This document shows positions 7,991 through 16,413 of a DNA stretch of 50,474 bases, one piece after another. Positions within the stretch are counted from its first letter, which is position 1. Every line of letters begins with the position of its first letter. The stretch is from assembly GCA_036400035.1 (NCBI GenBank), contig DASWLY010000008.1:1-50474 (forward strand). The letters run 5' to 3'. Under the pieces are notes generated by a model, which saw only the letters and a list, made by a program, of their open reading frames with translations, ran no database searches and was not told the DNA's origin. This DNA is from Allosphingosinicella sp. (GTDB taxonomy: Bacteria; Pseudomonadota; Alphaproteobacteria; Sphingomonadales; Sphingomonadaceae). The translations under genes were made by a program, and so were the position numbers.

Positions 7991-10684
7991 ATGTTCGCGG
8001 GCCATCGCCTTCCCGGAGTCGAGTTCGAGACGGTCCTGCCGCCGGCGCCGGAGGCGTTGCCGCGGATGGATGTCGCCCTGTTCGTCGGCTTCGCCGAGAT
8101 GGGCCCGGTGCACCGGGCGGTGGAGATCAACGATGTCGCCGGCTATCGGCGCACGTTCGGCGGCGACCTCCCACTGGCGCGGGACCCGGAAAGCGGCGAA
8201 ATCCTGATGGCCGCCCTCCCCCCGACGGTGCGCGCCTTCTTCTCCAACGGCGGCCTGCGCTGCTGGGTGATCCGGGTCGCCCGAACGGAGGCGCTCGAGA
8301 CGCGCTGGCGCGGGGGGCCGGACCCGGCGGCGGCGGGCATCGCCTCGGCCGGCCGGTTCGTCCTTCCCGGGCTGCTCGCCCTCGCCGCGGACGGAACGTT
8401 GAGCCTCGCCCGGGCCCAGGCGCGCAGCCTCGGCTCCTGGTCCGACCGGCTCGCGGTAGAAGCGCGCGCCGAACGCGTGCCGTTCGCCCTCACGGACCTG
8501 GTGGCGACCCCCGGGCAGGCGACGTTCACCGCCACCCGTCCGCTCGGGGTCGGAGCGCTGATCGAGCTGACTGATTTCGGCGGCGTGGTTTGCGCCAGGG
8601 TGGAGCGGGTCGACGGATCGATGGCGGCCGCTACCTGCCTCGCTCGCTTCGCGCCGGTGGCCCGAGCCGGGGTGGAAGAGCCGGTCGGCGTCCATCTCCT
8701 GGGCGGATCGGACTCCCATGATGCGCAGTTCGATCCCGTCAAGGGGCTCCTGACCTTCGACTCGCGCCCGGTCGCGATCGCCCCGGGATGCTGGCTGACG
8801 GTGTCGAGAGCCGGCGGCGACATGATCTTCCTGACCGAAGCCATCGTCGGTGCGTCGGCGACGGGGCGCGGCTGGACGGTGACGGCGTCCCCGGAAGTGG
8901 CGAACGACGCCACAGCCGCGGAAGCGACGCTTGGCCTCCGGATCGACGACGGCCGCGGCGAGGTGCGGGCAACGACGGGCATCGGCCTTACGCCCGCCGC
9001 CGCGCGCAATTGGTGGACCCACCCGACCGACGACTCGCGTCCCCTTGGCGGCGACCCCCCCGTGATTCTGCTCGCGAGGACGGACGAGGAAGCGGAGCAA
9101 CCGGCTTCGGCCTGGCTGCCGCTGGGACTGAGCGGCGCCTTCTCCGGAGCGGTCAGGGCAGTGGACGAAGGCCGCACCGCGCTCGAGCGCGACGGCCTGT
9201 CGCGCTTCGACTCGGAGCTGTTCCTCGACCCGGAGCTGGCGGCCACCCGCGCCGGGCAGGTCGCCGCCGAGGCGGAGCGGATCCTCTATGTCGACGGCCG
9301 GCCGCTGCTCGGGCTCCACGGGGCCGTCGGAATCGCCGACGGCGCCGAGTTCAATCCGGTCAGCCTGGTCGCGGTTCCCGACGCAATCCAGCCGGGCTGG
9401 ACCGAACGCACTTACGAGACGCCGCCGCTGCCGACGGCCAGGGCGCCGGCCCCCGCTCACTGGTTCGACCATCGCGGTCCCTGCGCCGCTGTGCCCGAGC
9501 ATGGCAAGGATGCGGCCGCGCCCGCTTTCTCGCGCTTCCTCGATTGCGGCACCCGGCTGCTCGAGGCTCCGGCCTTCGACCCGATCGATTCGCCGCGGGC
9601 GCCGGGGCCGGTGCCGCTAAGCTGGTCCCCGGCCGGCCAGGGCTCGACCTACGTGATCGAGATGGCGGCGCTCCCCGATTTCCAGGGCGCGCAGACCCTC
9701 TACCGCGGCAGCGTCCCCGCTTATGCTTTCAACGCCCGGGCCGAGGGCTTCTATTATTTCCGGCTGCGCGCCGAGCTCGAAGGCGAGGTGAGCGCTCCCG
9801 CCGTCGCGGTCGTGGCGGTGCGCGGTTCGGCCTGGGACAGCCTCGCGCCCGCCGAATATTCGGCGGCGCCCTTGCTCTCGGTGCAGCGCGCCTTGATGCG
9901 GCTCGCGGCGGGCACTGGGGAGATGTTCGCGCTGCTGTCGCTGCCCCGCCATTACCACGCGCCCGAGGCGATCGAGCATGGCCGCCGGCTCGCGCTGTGG
10001 CGCCAGGGAGGCTTTGGCGAGCCCGACATGTTCGACACGAACGAGCGGCGCGTGCTCTCGTTCGGGGCGCTCCACCACCCCTGGATCCGGTTCCGCGACG
10101 GCCCTGCGCCGGGCCTCGCCTCGGCGCCTCCCGAAGGCGCGATCGCGGGCGTCCATGCCCGCCGGACGCTCGCCCGCGGCGCCTGGATCGCCGCCGCCAA
10201 CGAACCGCTGCGCGACATCGTCGCCCTCGCCCCGTCGATCGGCGACGGCGACTGGCCGGCGCTCGATGCCGGCCGGATCAACTTCCTGCGCCGCGACGCG
10301 CGCGGTTTCCTCCTGCTCGGTTCCGACACCCTTTCCGACGAGCCCGAATGGCGGCAGATCAACGTGCGACGGCTGATGAGCCTGCTCCGCCGGGTCGCCG
10401 TCCGCCGCGGCGCGCCCTACGTCTTCGAGCCGAACGGCGACGTGCTCCGCCGCGCCGTGGAGCGGGGCTTCACCCAGATGCTCGATTCGATGTTCCGTCA
10501 GGGTGCGTTCGTCGGGCGCACCGTGCAGGAAGCCTTCCGGGTCTCGGTCGATCCGACCGCGGCGGATCGCGACGGCGGCCGGCTGATCGTCGAGATCGGA
10601 GTCGCGCCCTCACAGCCGATGCGCTTCCTCACCGTCCGCCTGTTCCAATCCGGCGAGCGCTTCACGATCGCCGAGGAAGCCTGA
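7991..10684 (+). CDS. Second, enlarged sheath-family protein (897 aa)
   Basis: Sheath N-terminus (LPGVEFE...DVALFVGFAEMGP...AFFSNGG) and C-terminus (HHPW, PPEGAIAG, AANEPL, INVRRL, YVFEPN, GVAPSQPMRF) separated by large insertions. Confidence 0.85.
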   Translation: MFAGHRLPGVEFETVLPPAPEALPRMDVALFVGFAEMGPVHRAVEINDVAGYRRTFGGDLPLARDPESGEILMAALPPTVRAFFSNGGLRCWVIRVARTEALETRWRGGPDPAAAGIASAGRFVLPGLLALAADGTLSLARAQARSLGSWSDRLAVEARAERVPFALTDLVATPGQATFTATRPLGVGALIELTDFGGVVCARVERVDGSMAAATCLARFAPVARAGVEEPVGVHLLGGSDSHDAQFDPVKGLLTFDSRPVAIAPGCWLTVSRAGGDMIFLTEAIVGASATGRGWTVTASPEVANDATAAEATLGLRIDDGRGEVRATTGIGLTPAAARNWWTHPTDDSRPLGGDPPVILLARTDEEAEQPASAWLPLGLSGAFSGAVRAVDEGRTALERDGLSRFDSELFLDPELAATRAGQVAAEAERILYVDGRPLLGLHGAVGIADGAEFNPVSLVAVPDAIQPGWTERTYETPPLPTARAPAPAHWFDHRGPCAAVPEHGKDAAAPAFSRFLDCGTRLLEAPAFDPIDSPRAPGPVPLSWSPAGQGSTYVIEMAALPDFQGAQTLYRGSVPAYAFNARAEGFYYFRLRAELEGEVSAPAVAVVAVRGSAWDSLAPAEYSAAPLLSVQRALMRLAAGTGEMFALLSLPRHYHAPEAIEHGRRLALWRQGGFGEPDMFDTNERRVLSFGALHHPWIRFRDGPAPGLASAPPEGAIAGVHARRTLARGAWIAAANEPLRDIVALAPSIGDGDWPALDAGRINFLRRDARGFLLLGSDTLSDEPEWRQINVRRLMSLLRRVAVRRGAPYVFEPNGDVLRRAVERGFTQMLDSMFRQGAFVGRTVQEAFRVSVDPTAADRDGGRLIVEIGVAPSQPMRFLTVRLFQSGERFTIAEEA

Positions 10685-10686
10685 CC

Positions 10687-11142
10687 ATGACCGATTATCC
10701 GTTCACCACCTTCAATTTCTCGGTCGAGATCAACCGCGGCCAGAGCGGCGGTCCGCTCGCGGCGGCGGCGTTTTCCGAGTGCGACGGCCTCGAGATGACG
10801 ATGGACGTGAAGACCATCCGCGAAGGCGGCTCCAACGACCGGCCGATCCGGGTCAACGGCCCCGTCAATTATTCCAACCTGACTCTCAAGCGCGGAATGA
10901 CCGCCAATTTCGACCTTTGGACCTGGTTCCAGGATTCGATCGCCGACCCCCGGCTTCGGGCGGACGCCGAAGTCGTCATGCTCGCCGCCGACGGGACGAA
11001 GGAGCAGGCGCGCTTCCAGCTGTCGCGCTGCGTGCCGGTCAAGCTCAAGGTTCCGGCGCTGAGCGCCAAGGACGGCACCGTCGCGATCGAGGAGATGCAG
11101 ATCGCCTACGAGACCCTCAAGTTCGTCGCGGGGAAGAACTGA
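10687..11142 (+). CDS. Second tail tube protein, gp19-like (Afp5-like)
   Basis: C-terminal 151 aa of track ORF 8788..11142: YPFTTFNFSVEI...FSECDGLE...REGG...LTLKRGMT...VAIEEMQIAYE. Confidence 0.92.
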   Translation: MTDYPFTTFNFSVEINRGQSGGPLAAAAFSECDGLEMTMDVKTIREGGSNDRPIRVNGPVNYSNLTLKRGMTANFDLWTWFQDSIADPRLRADAEVVMLAADGTKEQARFQLSRCVPVKLKVPALSAKDGTVAIEEMQIAYETLKFVAGKN

Positions 11143-11936
11143 TGGCCGAGCTCGCCAAAGCCAGGCTCATCGAGCTGGAGCAGGACTTCAAGAAGGAGAA
11201 GGCCGGCGGACAGAATGTCGCGGTCCAGTTCAATCCCGATTCCCTCAAGGTCACCTTCGCCAACCAGATCGTCCAGCCGCAGGGGGGCGATCAGTCCGCC
11301 GGAAGCACGGGCCGCCAGTTCGTCGGCGCCGGCACGACCAAGCTCGCCCTCACCTTGTGGTTCGACGTGGCCGCGATGACCGACGACCCGGTCGACGACG
11401 TCCGGCGGCTGACCAGCAAGGTCATCTTCTTCATGACTCCGCAAAAGGACCAGACGGATCCGCAGAAGCTGGTCCCCCCCGGGGTCCGGTTCAGCTGGGG
11501 CACATTCCTGTTCGACGGCATGGTCGACGGACTCGAGGAAAGCCTCGAATTCTTCGCCGCCGACGGCAAGCCGCTTCGGGCCAGCATCAGCCTGACCCTG
11601 TCGCAGCAGAAGATCCTGGTCAGCGAGTTCAAGGGCGACGGCAAGGTGCCCTCGACGCCCGGGCACAAGCCGCTCACCTCCGCTAAGTCCGGCGACAGCC
11701 TCCAGTCCATGGCCGGCGACAAGGGCAAGGGCGGCGGCTGGCAGGGGATCGCCGCGGCCAACGGAATCGAAGATCCGCTCCGGCTCAAGCCGGGCCAGTT
11801 GATCAACCTCGATGCCTCCGCCGCGGTGGGCGGCGGTTTCGGCGTTTCGGCGGGCGCCACCCTGTCGACCGGCGGCGCCACGATCACCCCTCAGATCATC
11901 CTCCCGGGCGCCTCCGCCCGCTTCGGACTCAATTGA
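11142..11936 (+). CDS. CIS tube-initiator/LysM protein (Afp7-like)
   Basis: TGATG overlap. VQFNPDSL, PPGVRFSWG, EFFAADGKPLRASISL, then LysM-like GDSLQSMA...WQGIAAANGIEDPLRLKPGQLI. Confidence 0.9.
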   Translation: MAELAKARLIELEQDFKKEKAGGQNVAVQFNPDSLKVTFANQIVQPQGGDQSAGSTGRQFVGAGTTKLALTLWFDVAAMTDDPVDDVRRLTSKVIFFMTPQKDQTDPQKLVPPGVRFSWGTFLFDGMVDGLEESLEFFAADGKPLRASISLTLSQQKILVSEFKGDGKVPSTPGHKPLTSAKSGDSLQSMAGDKGKGGGWQGIAAANGIEDPLRLKPGQLINLDASAAVGGGFGVSAGATLSTGGATITPQIILPGASARFGLN

Positions 11937-11946
11937 AAGGAAGCTC

Positions 11947-12114
11947 ATGGCGGTCGTCATCAACGAGTTCGAAGCGGTCGCGGAACCTCCCCAGGCGAGA
12001 GGAAGCGACGGCGCGGCCGGCGCCAGCGAGGCGGCGAACAGGATCATGCCCAGGGACATTCGGCCGGCCCTGATCCTGCTCGCCGGGCGCCGCTCGCGCC
12101 TTCGGTCCCATTAG
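11947..12114 (+). CDS. Small eCIS protein (55 aa), possibly Afp6-like
   Basis: GAAAGGAAG RBS. MAVVINEFEAV N-terminus is like small eCIS baseplate-associated proteins. Fills the gap between coupled genes. Confidence 0.6.
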   Translation: MAVVINEFEAVAEPPQARGSDGAAGASEAANRIMPRDIRPALILLAGRRSRLRSH

Positions 12115-12126
12115 GAGCCGCCGCGC

Positions 12127-13197
12127 ATGCCGCCCACCTCGAACGTCGCGATCCTCCCCTCCCGCCCGGCGCGGCCGACTCTGGAGATCGGCGGCGAGCG
12201 CCGGACGACGCTCGAATCGGCGCTGCTGGCGATGGAGGTCGGCGCTTCGGTCGATTCGCTCGCTCACGCCGAGCTCAGCTTCGGCAATTGGGGCGGCGCG
12301 GAAACGTCCGGCTTTCAGCATTTCGACCGCAAGGTCCTCGATTTCGGCAAGCCGCTGGTCGTGAAGCTCGGCGACGAGATCGTGTTCGAGGGCCGGATCT
12401 CGTCGATCGTCGCCGACTTCCCCGACGGCGGCCCCCCCACAATCGGGGTGCTCGCCGAGGACCGGCTGCAGGACCTCCGGATGACTCGGCGCAGCCGAAG
12501 CTTCGTCGACAAGTCGCTGGCCGACATCGTCCGCCAGATCGCCGGCGAGCACGGCCTCGCCGCCGACGTCTCGCTGAGCGGTCCCGCGACCAAGCTCGTC
12601 GCCCAGGTCAACCAGAGCGATCTCGCCTTGCTGCTCGATCTCGCCCGGCGCGAGGACGCGCAGATCTGGGTCGAGGGCAAGATTCTGCGCGCCGCCGCCA
12701 CCCGCCCCACCGACAAGGTCGAGCTGCGCTGGGCCGGCAGCCTTCGCGAGTTTCACGTCGAGGCTGATCTCGCTCACCAGCGCACAGCTTTGGTGGCGAG
12801 CGGATGGGACGTCGGCGCCAAGGCCGCCGCCACCCATCGAGCGACCGCTACCGTCATCTCGGCGGAGGTCGGCAGCCTCGAGGGCGGCGCCACGATCCTG
12901 GCCGGGGCGTTGGCCGAGCGAGTCGACACGCTAGCCCACGGAGTGGCGCGCGATGCCCAGGAGGCGAAGGCGATCGCCGAAGCCGGCTTTCGCCAGATCG
13001 CCCGCCGCTTCGTGACCGGCCGGGGCCTCGCGGAGACTCGGCCGGGACTTCGGGTCGGGGCGACCCTGGCGCTCTCCGGCCTCGGCAAGCTGTTCGACGG
13101 CGATTACCGCGCGACCGGCGTCACCCACCTCTTCGACCTCAAGGAGGGCCAGCGCACCGCCTTCGAGTGCGAGCGGCCCGGGCTGGGGCGGCCATGA
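12127..13197 (+). CDS. Phage late control D/gp27-like baseplate hub (N-terminal half of Afp8/VgrG)
   Basis: FEGRI, AEDRLQDLRMTRRSRSF, QVNQSDL, GWD, LRVGATL..SGLGKLFDGDY..TGVTHLFD. Confidence 0.88.
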   Translation: MPPTSNVAILPSRPARPTLEIGGERRTTLESALLAMEVGASVDSLAHAELSFGNWGGAETSGFQHFDRKVLDFGKPLVVKLGDEIVFEGRISSIVADFPDGGPPTIGVLAEDRLQDLRMTRRSRSFVDKSLADIVRQIAGEHGLAADVSLSGPATKLVAQVNQSDLALLLDLARREDAQIWVEGKILRAAATRPTDKVELRWAGSLREFHVEADLAHQRTALVASGWDVGAKAAATHRATATVISAEVGSLEGGATILAGALAERVDTLAHGVARDAQEAKAIAEAGFRQIARRFVTGRGLAETRPGLRVGATLALSGLGKLFDGDYRATGVTHLFDLKEGQRTAFECERPGLGRP

Positions 13198-13922
13198 CCG
13201 GCCCGATCGATCTTGGACGGGCCGAAGCCCGCTTCCACGAGCGGCTCGCCGACGGCTGGGGCGGCCGGTGGTACGGAGTCGCCCCCGCGCTCGTGACCGA
13301 CATCAAGGATCCGGACGGCCAGGGGCGGGTGAAGGTGAAGCTGCCCTGGTCGCCCGACGGCGGCGGCGGCCAAGTCTATGAGGCGTGGGCCCGGATCGCG
13401 ACCCTTTTCGCGGGCGGCAGGCGCGGCAGCTGGTTCATCCCCGACGTCGACGACGAGGTGCTGGTCGCCTTCGAACATGGTGATCCGCGCCGTCCCTACG
13501 TGCTCGGCGGCCTCTGGAACGGCAGCGACAAGCCCCCCGAGAACATGGACGGCGGCGGCCGCAACCATAAGAAGGTAATCCGCTCGCGCAACGGAGTCAC
13601 CGTGACGCTTGACGACCAGGACGGGCAGGAGAGTCTGAAGCTCGAAACGCCCGGCGGCCAGAAGCTCACCCTGAAGGACGGGCCGGGGACCGTCACCATC
13701 GAGGATTCCAGCGGCAATTCGGTGAAGCTCGAGACTTCGGGCATCACCGTCACCGCCGCCGCCAAGGTCACGGTCAAGGCCAGTCAGGTCGCGATCTCGG
13801 CGGGGATGGTGACGGTCGACGCCGGCATGTCGAAATTCTCCGGAGTCGTGCAGGCCGACACGGTCATCACCAATTCGGTGGTCTCGGCGAGCTACACGCC
13901 GGGCGCGGGGAACATCTGGTGA
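13194..13922 (+). CDS. Baseplate assembly protein V/gp5-like spike
   Basis: ATGA overlap. OB-fold motifs DPDGQGRVKVKLPW, WARIA, GSWFIPDVDDEVLVAFEHGDPRRPYVLGGLWNG, followed by a beta-helix-like Val/Thr-rich tail. Confidence 0.92.
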   Translation: MTGPIDLGRAEARFHERLADGWGGRWYGVAPALVTDIKDPDGQGRVKVKLPWSPDGGGGQVYEAWARIATLFAGGRRGSWFIPDVDDEVLVAFEHGDPRRPYVLGGLWNGSDKPPENMDGGGRNHKKVIRSRNGVTVTLDDQDGQESLKLETPGGQKLTLKDGPGTVTIEDSSGNSVKLETSGITVTAAAKVTVKASQVAISAGMVTVDAGMSKFSGVVQADTVITNSVVSASYTPGAGNIW

Positions 13923-16015
13923 CGGCACTCGCCCACCCGCTGACCTGGGCCTCGCCCCGGCCGCTGTGGCGCGGCGCCGGCGCTCCGGGCCGCGCTCCCA
14001 CCATCCTTCGCTTCGCCAGCGACGATTTCATGGACCAGCTGCTGGCGGTCCTCGCGGTCGATCCGGGAAGGCTCGCCGACCATGTCGCGCGCTACGAGAC
14101 GTGGCGGACCCCCCAGGGGGCGACGGCGGAGTCGGACCTGGTGGACCGGGTCCCGCTGGCCGAGCCGCTGCGCAAACGGCGGCTGCTCACCCGCCTCGCC
14201 AAGGCGCCCAGCCCGGTCGCCGCTCCGCCGCCCGCGCCGACGCTGAAGCTCTACCAGGCCGGGCATCAGCGTTACTACATCGCCTGCGCGACCCTCGCCT
14301 GCGCCATTCCCGGCCTTCCCGACCGCAAGCTCGGCGGCAATCAGGAGCAGGTCGGCTTCGTGCTTCGGCGGCTGATGCCGGCGACGCGCAACGCCCCGGC
14401 CGGGGCACCGCTCTACGAATATGCCTTCATCAAGGACGCGACCGGGGCCCGCTGGCAGCGCGTGTCGGCGGACGACGAAGCCGTGCTCGCACCCGGCGAG
14501 GAGCGCCTGCCCACCTTCCCGCTCGGTCTCGAAGACGGCAACGGCGTCCGCCGCACCCTCTGGGGCGGCCTGATCCCGGTGGGACGGCGCGAGGAATATA
14601 TGAGCGCGTCGGTCACCCGCGAGCCCAAGCCGCTGGTCGAGGGGCAGCAGGCCGCCCTGGCGGGGTTGCAGCCAGCGCCCCGGCGCAATTCGAAACTCGC
14701 CCGAACGGTCGAGTTCCGGATCGACTTCGCCGAAGGCTGGAGAAACCTGATCCAGTCGGCGATGAAGGCGGCCGACGATATCGCCGCCGACACCGGCGAC
14801 GGCTTCACGGCCGCGAACCAGCAGCTGCAGATCCGCAATCGCAACCTGCAGTTTCAGTCGCAGAGCTGGCTGCTGCTTCTGGACTTCTGGGCGTTCCTCG
14901 TGCGGCACCTGGGCACGGTCGCGACGGCGGTGCAGAACAATTCTCCCGCCGGGCTGAGCGGCGGACGTCTGGACCTGTACAATTGGCTGTCCGCGCAGAT
15001 CGGCACTGCGGACCGAGACAAGCTGGCGAACGGCTTCAACGCCGCCGGCGTGGATTCGACCGGCCGCCCGGCCTACATGCGCAGCGTGGCGGAGGCGCTT
15101 CGCGGCGTTGCCGCGGCCGGAGTCGGCGCAAAGCTCGAAGCCGTCGAAACGGACTATAACGACCTGCCAGCAGAGCGCTCGCTTTGGCCGAGCTTCCACT
15201 ATCTGTTCGCCGGGATCTGGAGCGACGGCAACGGCGGCGGCATCGATGCCCAAGGCACGTTCCGCGCTCTCGGCAGCATCGCCGCGACGGCCCCGGGCGA
15301 CCCGGACGTTGCGGCGATGACGTCGCCGCTCGTCGCCCCGCCTTTGCCCGTCACGCCCGGCGCCACGCCGCCGCCGACCCCCTTCGATCTCAACCTGGTC
15401 GACCGGCTGACCGTCCTCGTCGCGCGCGCGCTCGAGGCCACCGACGAGGCCGACGCCCGGCCGCTGCCGTTCGCTCAGCAATTGGCGCAGTCGATGCAGG
15501 AGAGCCTCGGCGACACCGGCAAGTTCCGCCTGCGCTTCGTCCACCTCAACGAGGATTGCGGGCCCCTCCACCCGCCGACCTTTTCAGAGCCGAGCCAGCC
15601 GTTCGAGCTCGCCAGCTTCTTCGATTCGGACGCGCCGGCGCGTCCGGTACGGATCACCCTGCCGATGGACACCAGCCCGGCCGGCCTTCGCAAGCACGCC
15701 CGCGGCACCGCCTTCGTCCTTTCCAACATGCTGTGCGGCCAGGTGCAGCGGGCGAAGGGGCTCGGCTTCGTCGATCTCGTCCGGCAGGTGCTGCCCTGGC
15801 CCCTTCACAAGGACATCGACGTCGGCGGCGGCGGAGGCTGCAAGAACGGCAACGGGCTCGACATCGGAATGATATGCTCGCTGTCGATCCCGATCGTCAC
15901 CTTGTGCGCGCTGATCCTGATGCTGATCATCGTGTTCCTGCTCGATTTCATCTTCCGCTGGGTGCCCTGGCTGATCTTCTGCTTCCCGGTGCCCGGGCTG
16001 AAGGGCAAGAAATGA
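13919..16015 (+). CDS. Hypothetical 698-aa eCIS protein with C-terminal hydrophobic (TM) segment
   Basis: GTGA overlap with the spike and ATGA overlap with gp25. Ends ICSLSIPIVTLCALILMLIIVFLLDFIFRWVPWLIFCFPVPGLKGKK. Confidence 0.8.
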   Translation: MTALAHPLTWASPRPLWRGAGAPGRAPTILRFASDDFMDQLLAVLAVDPGRLADHVARYETWRTPQGATAESDLVDRVPLAEPLRKRRLLTRLAKAPSPVAAPPPAPTLKLYQAGHQRYYIACATLACAIPGLPDRKLGGNQEQVGFVLRRLMPATRNAPAGAPLYEYAFIKDATGARWQRVSADDEAVLAPGEERLPTFPLGLEDGNGVRRTLWGGLIPVGRREEYMSASVTREPKPLVEGQQAALAGLQPAPRRNSKLARTVEFRIDFAEGWRNLIQSAMKAADDIAADTGDGFTAANQQLQIRNRNLQFQSQSWLLLLDFWAFLVRHLGTVATAVQNNSPAGLSGGRLDLYNWLSAQIGTADRDKLANGFNAAGVDSTGRPAYMRSVAEALRGVAAAGVGAKLEAVETDYNDLPAERSLWPSFHYLFAGIWSDGNGGGIDAQGTFRALGSIAATAPGDPDVAAMTSPLVAPPLPVTPGATPPPTPFDLNLVDRLTVLVARALEATDEADARPLPFAQQLAQSMQESLGDTGKFRLRFVHLNEDCGPLHPPTFSEPSQPFELASFFDSDAPARPVRITLPMDTSPAGLRKHARGTAFVLSNMLCGQVQRAKGLGFVDLVRQVLPWPLHKDIDVGGGGGCKNGNGLDIGMICSLSIPIVTLCALILMLIIVFLLDFIFRWVPWLIFCFPVPGLKGKK

Positions 16016-16401
16016 ACCCGTTCGGCAAGAGCCTCGCCTTCCCGCCGCGGGTCGGATCGGACGGACGGATGCGCTGGTCCGAGGGCGAGACGAACATCCG
16101 GGAATCGATCCGGATCGTCCTCAGCACCGACAAGGAGGAGCGGATCGCGCTCCCCGATTTCGGCGCCGGGCTGATGCGGTTCCTGTTCGAACCGAACAAC
16201 ACCGCCACCCACGCCCGCATCTCGCACGCGATCGGCACCGCGCTGGCCCGCTGGGAGCCTCGAATCGCGGTGGAGGACATCGCCGTCGCCGCCCATCCGG
16301 ACGAGCGAACGAGCGCGATCGCCACCATCAGCTATCGGCTCGTGGCCACCGGAGCGCTCGAGCGGACCAGCGTCGCCGTCCCCATCGGCGCGGCAGGATA
16401 G
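16012..16401 (+). CDS. GPW/gp25 baseplate wedge protein (Afp9-like)
   Basis: NIRESIRIVLSTDKEERIALPDFGAGL..FLFEPN...ALARWEPRI; C-terminal 129 aa of track ORF 15184..16401. Confidence 0.93.
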   Translation: MNPFGKSLAFPPRVGSDGRMRWSEGETNIRESIRIVLSTDKEERIALPDFGAGLMRFLFEPNNTATHARISHAIGTALARWEPRIAVEDIAVAAHPDERTSAIATISYRLVATGALERTSVAVPIGAAG

Positions 16402-16413
16402 GGAGACCAAGAC

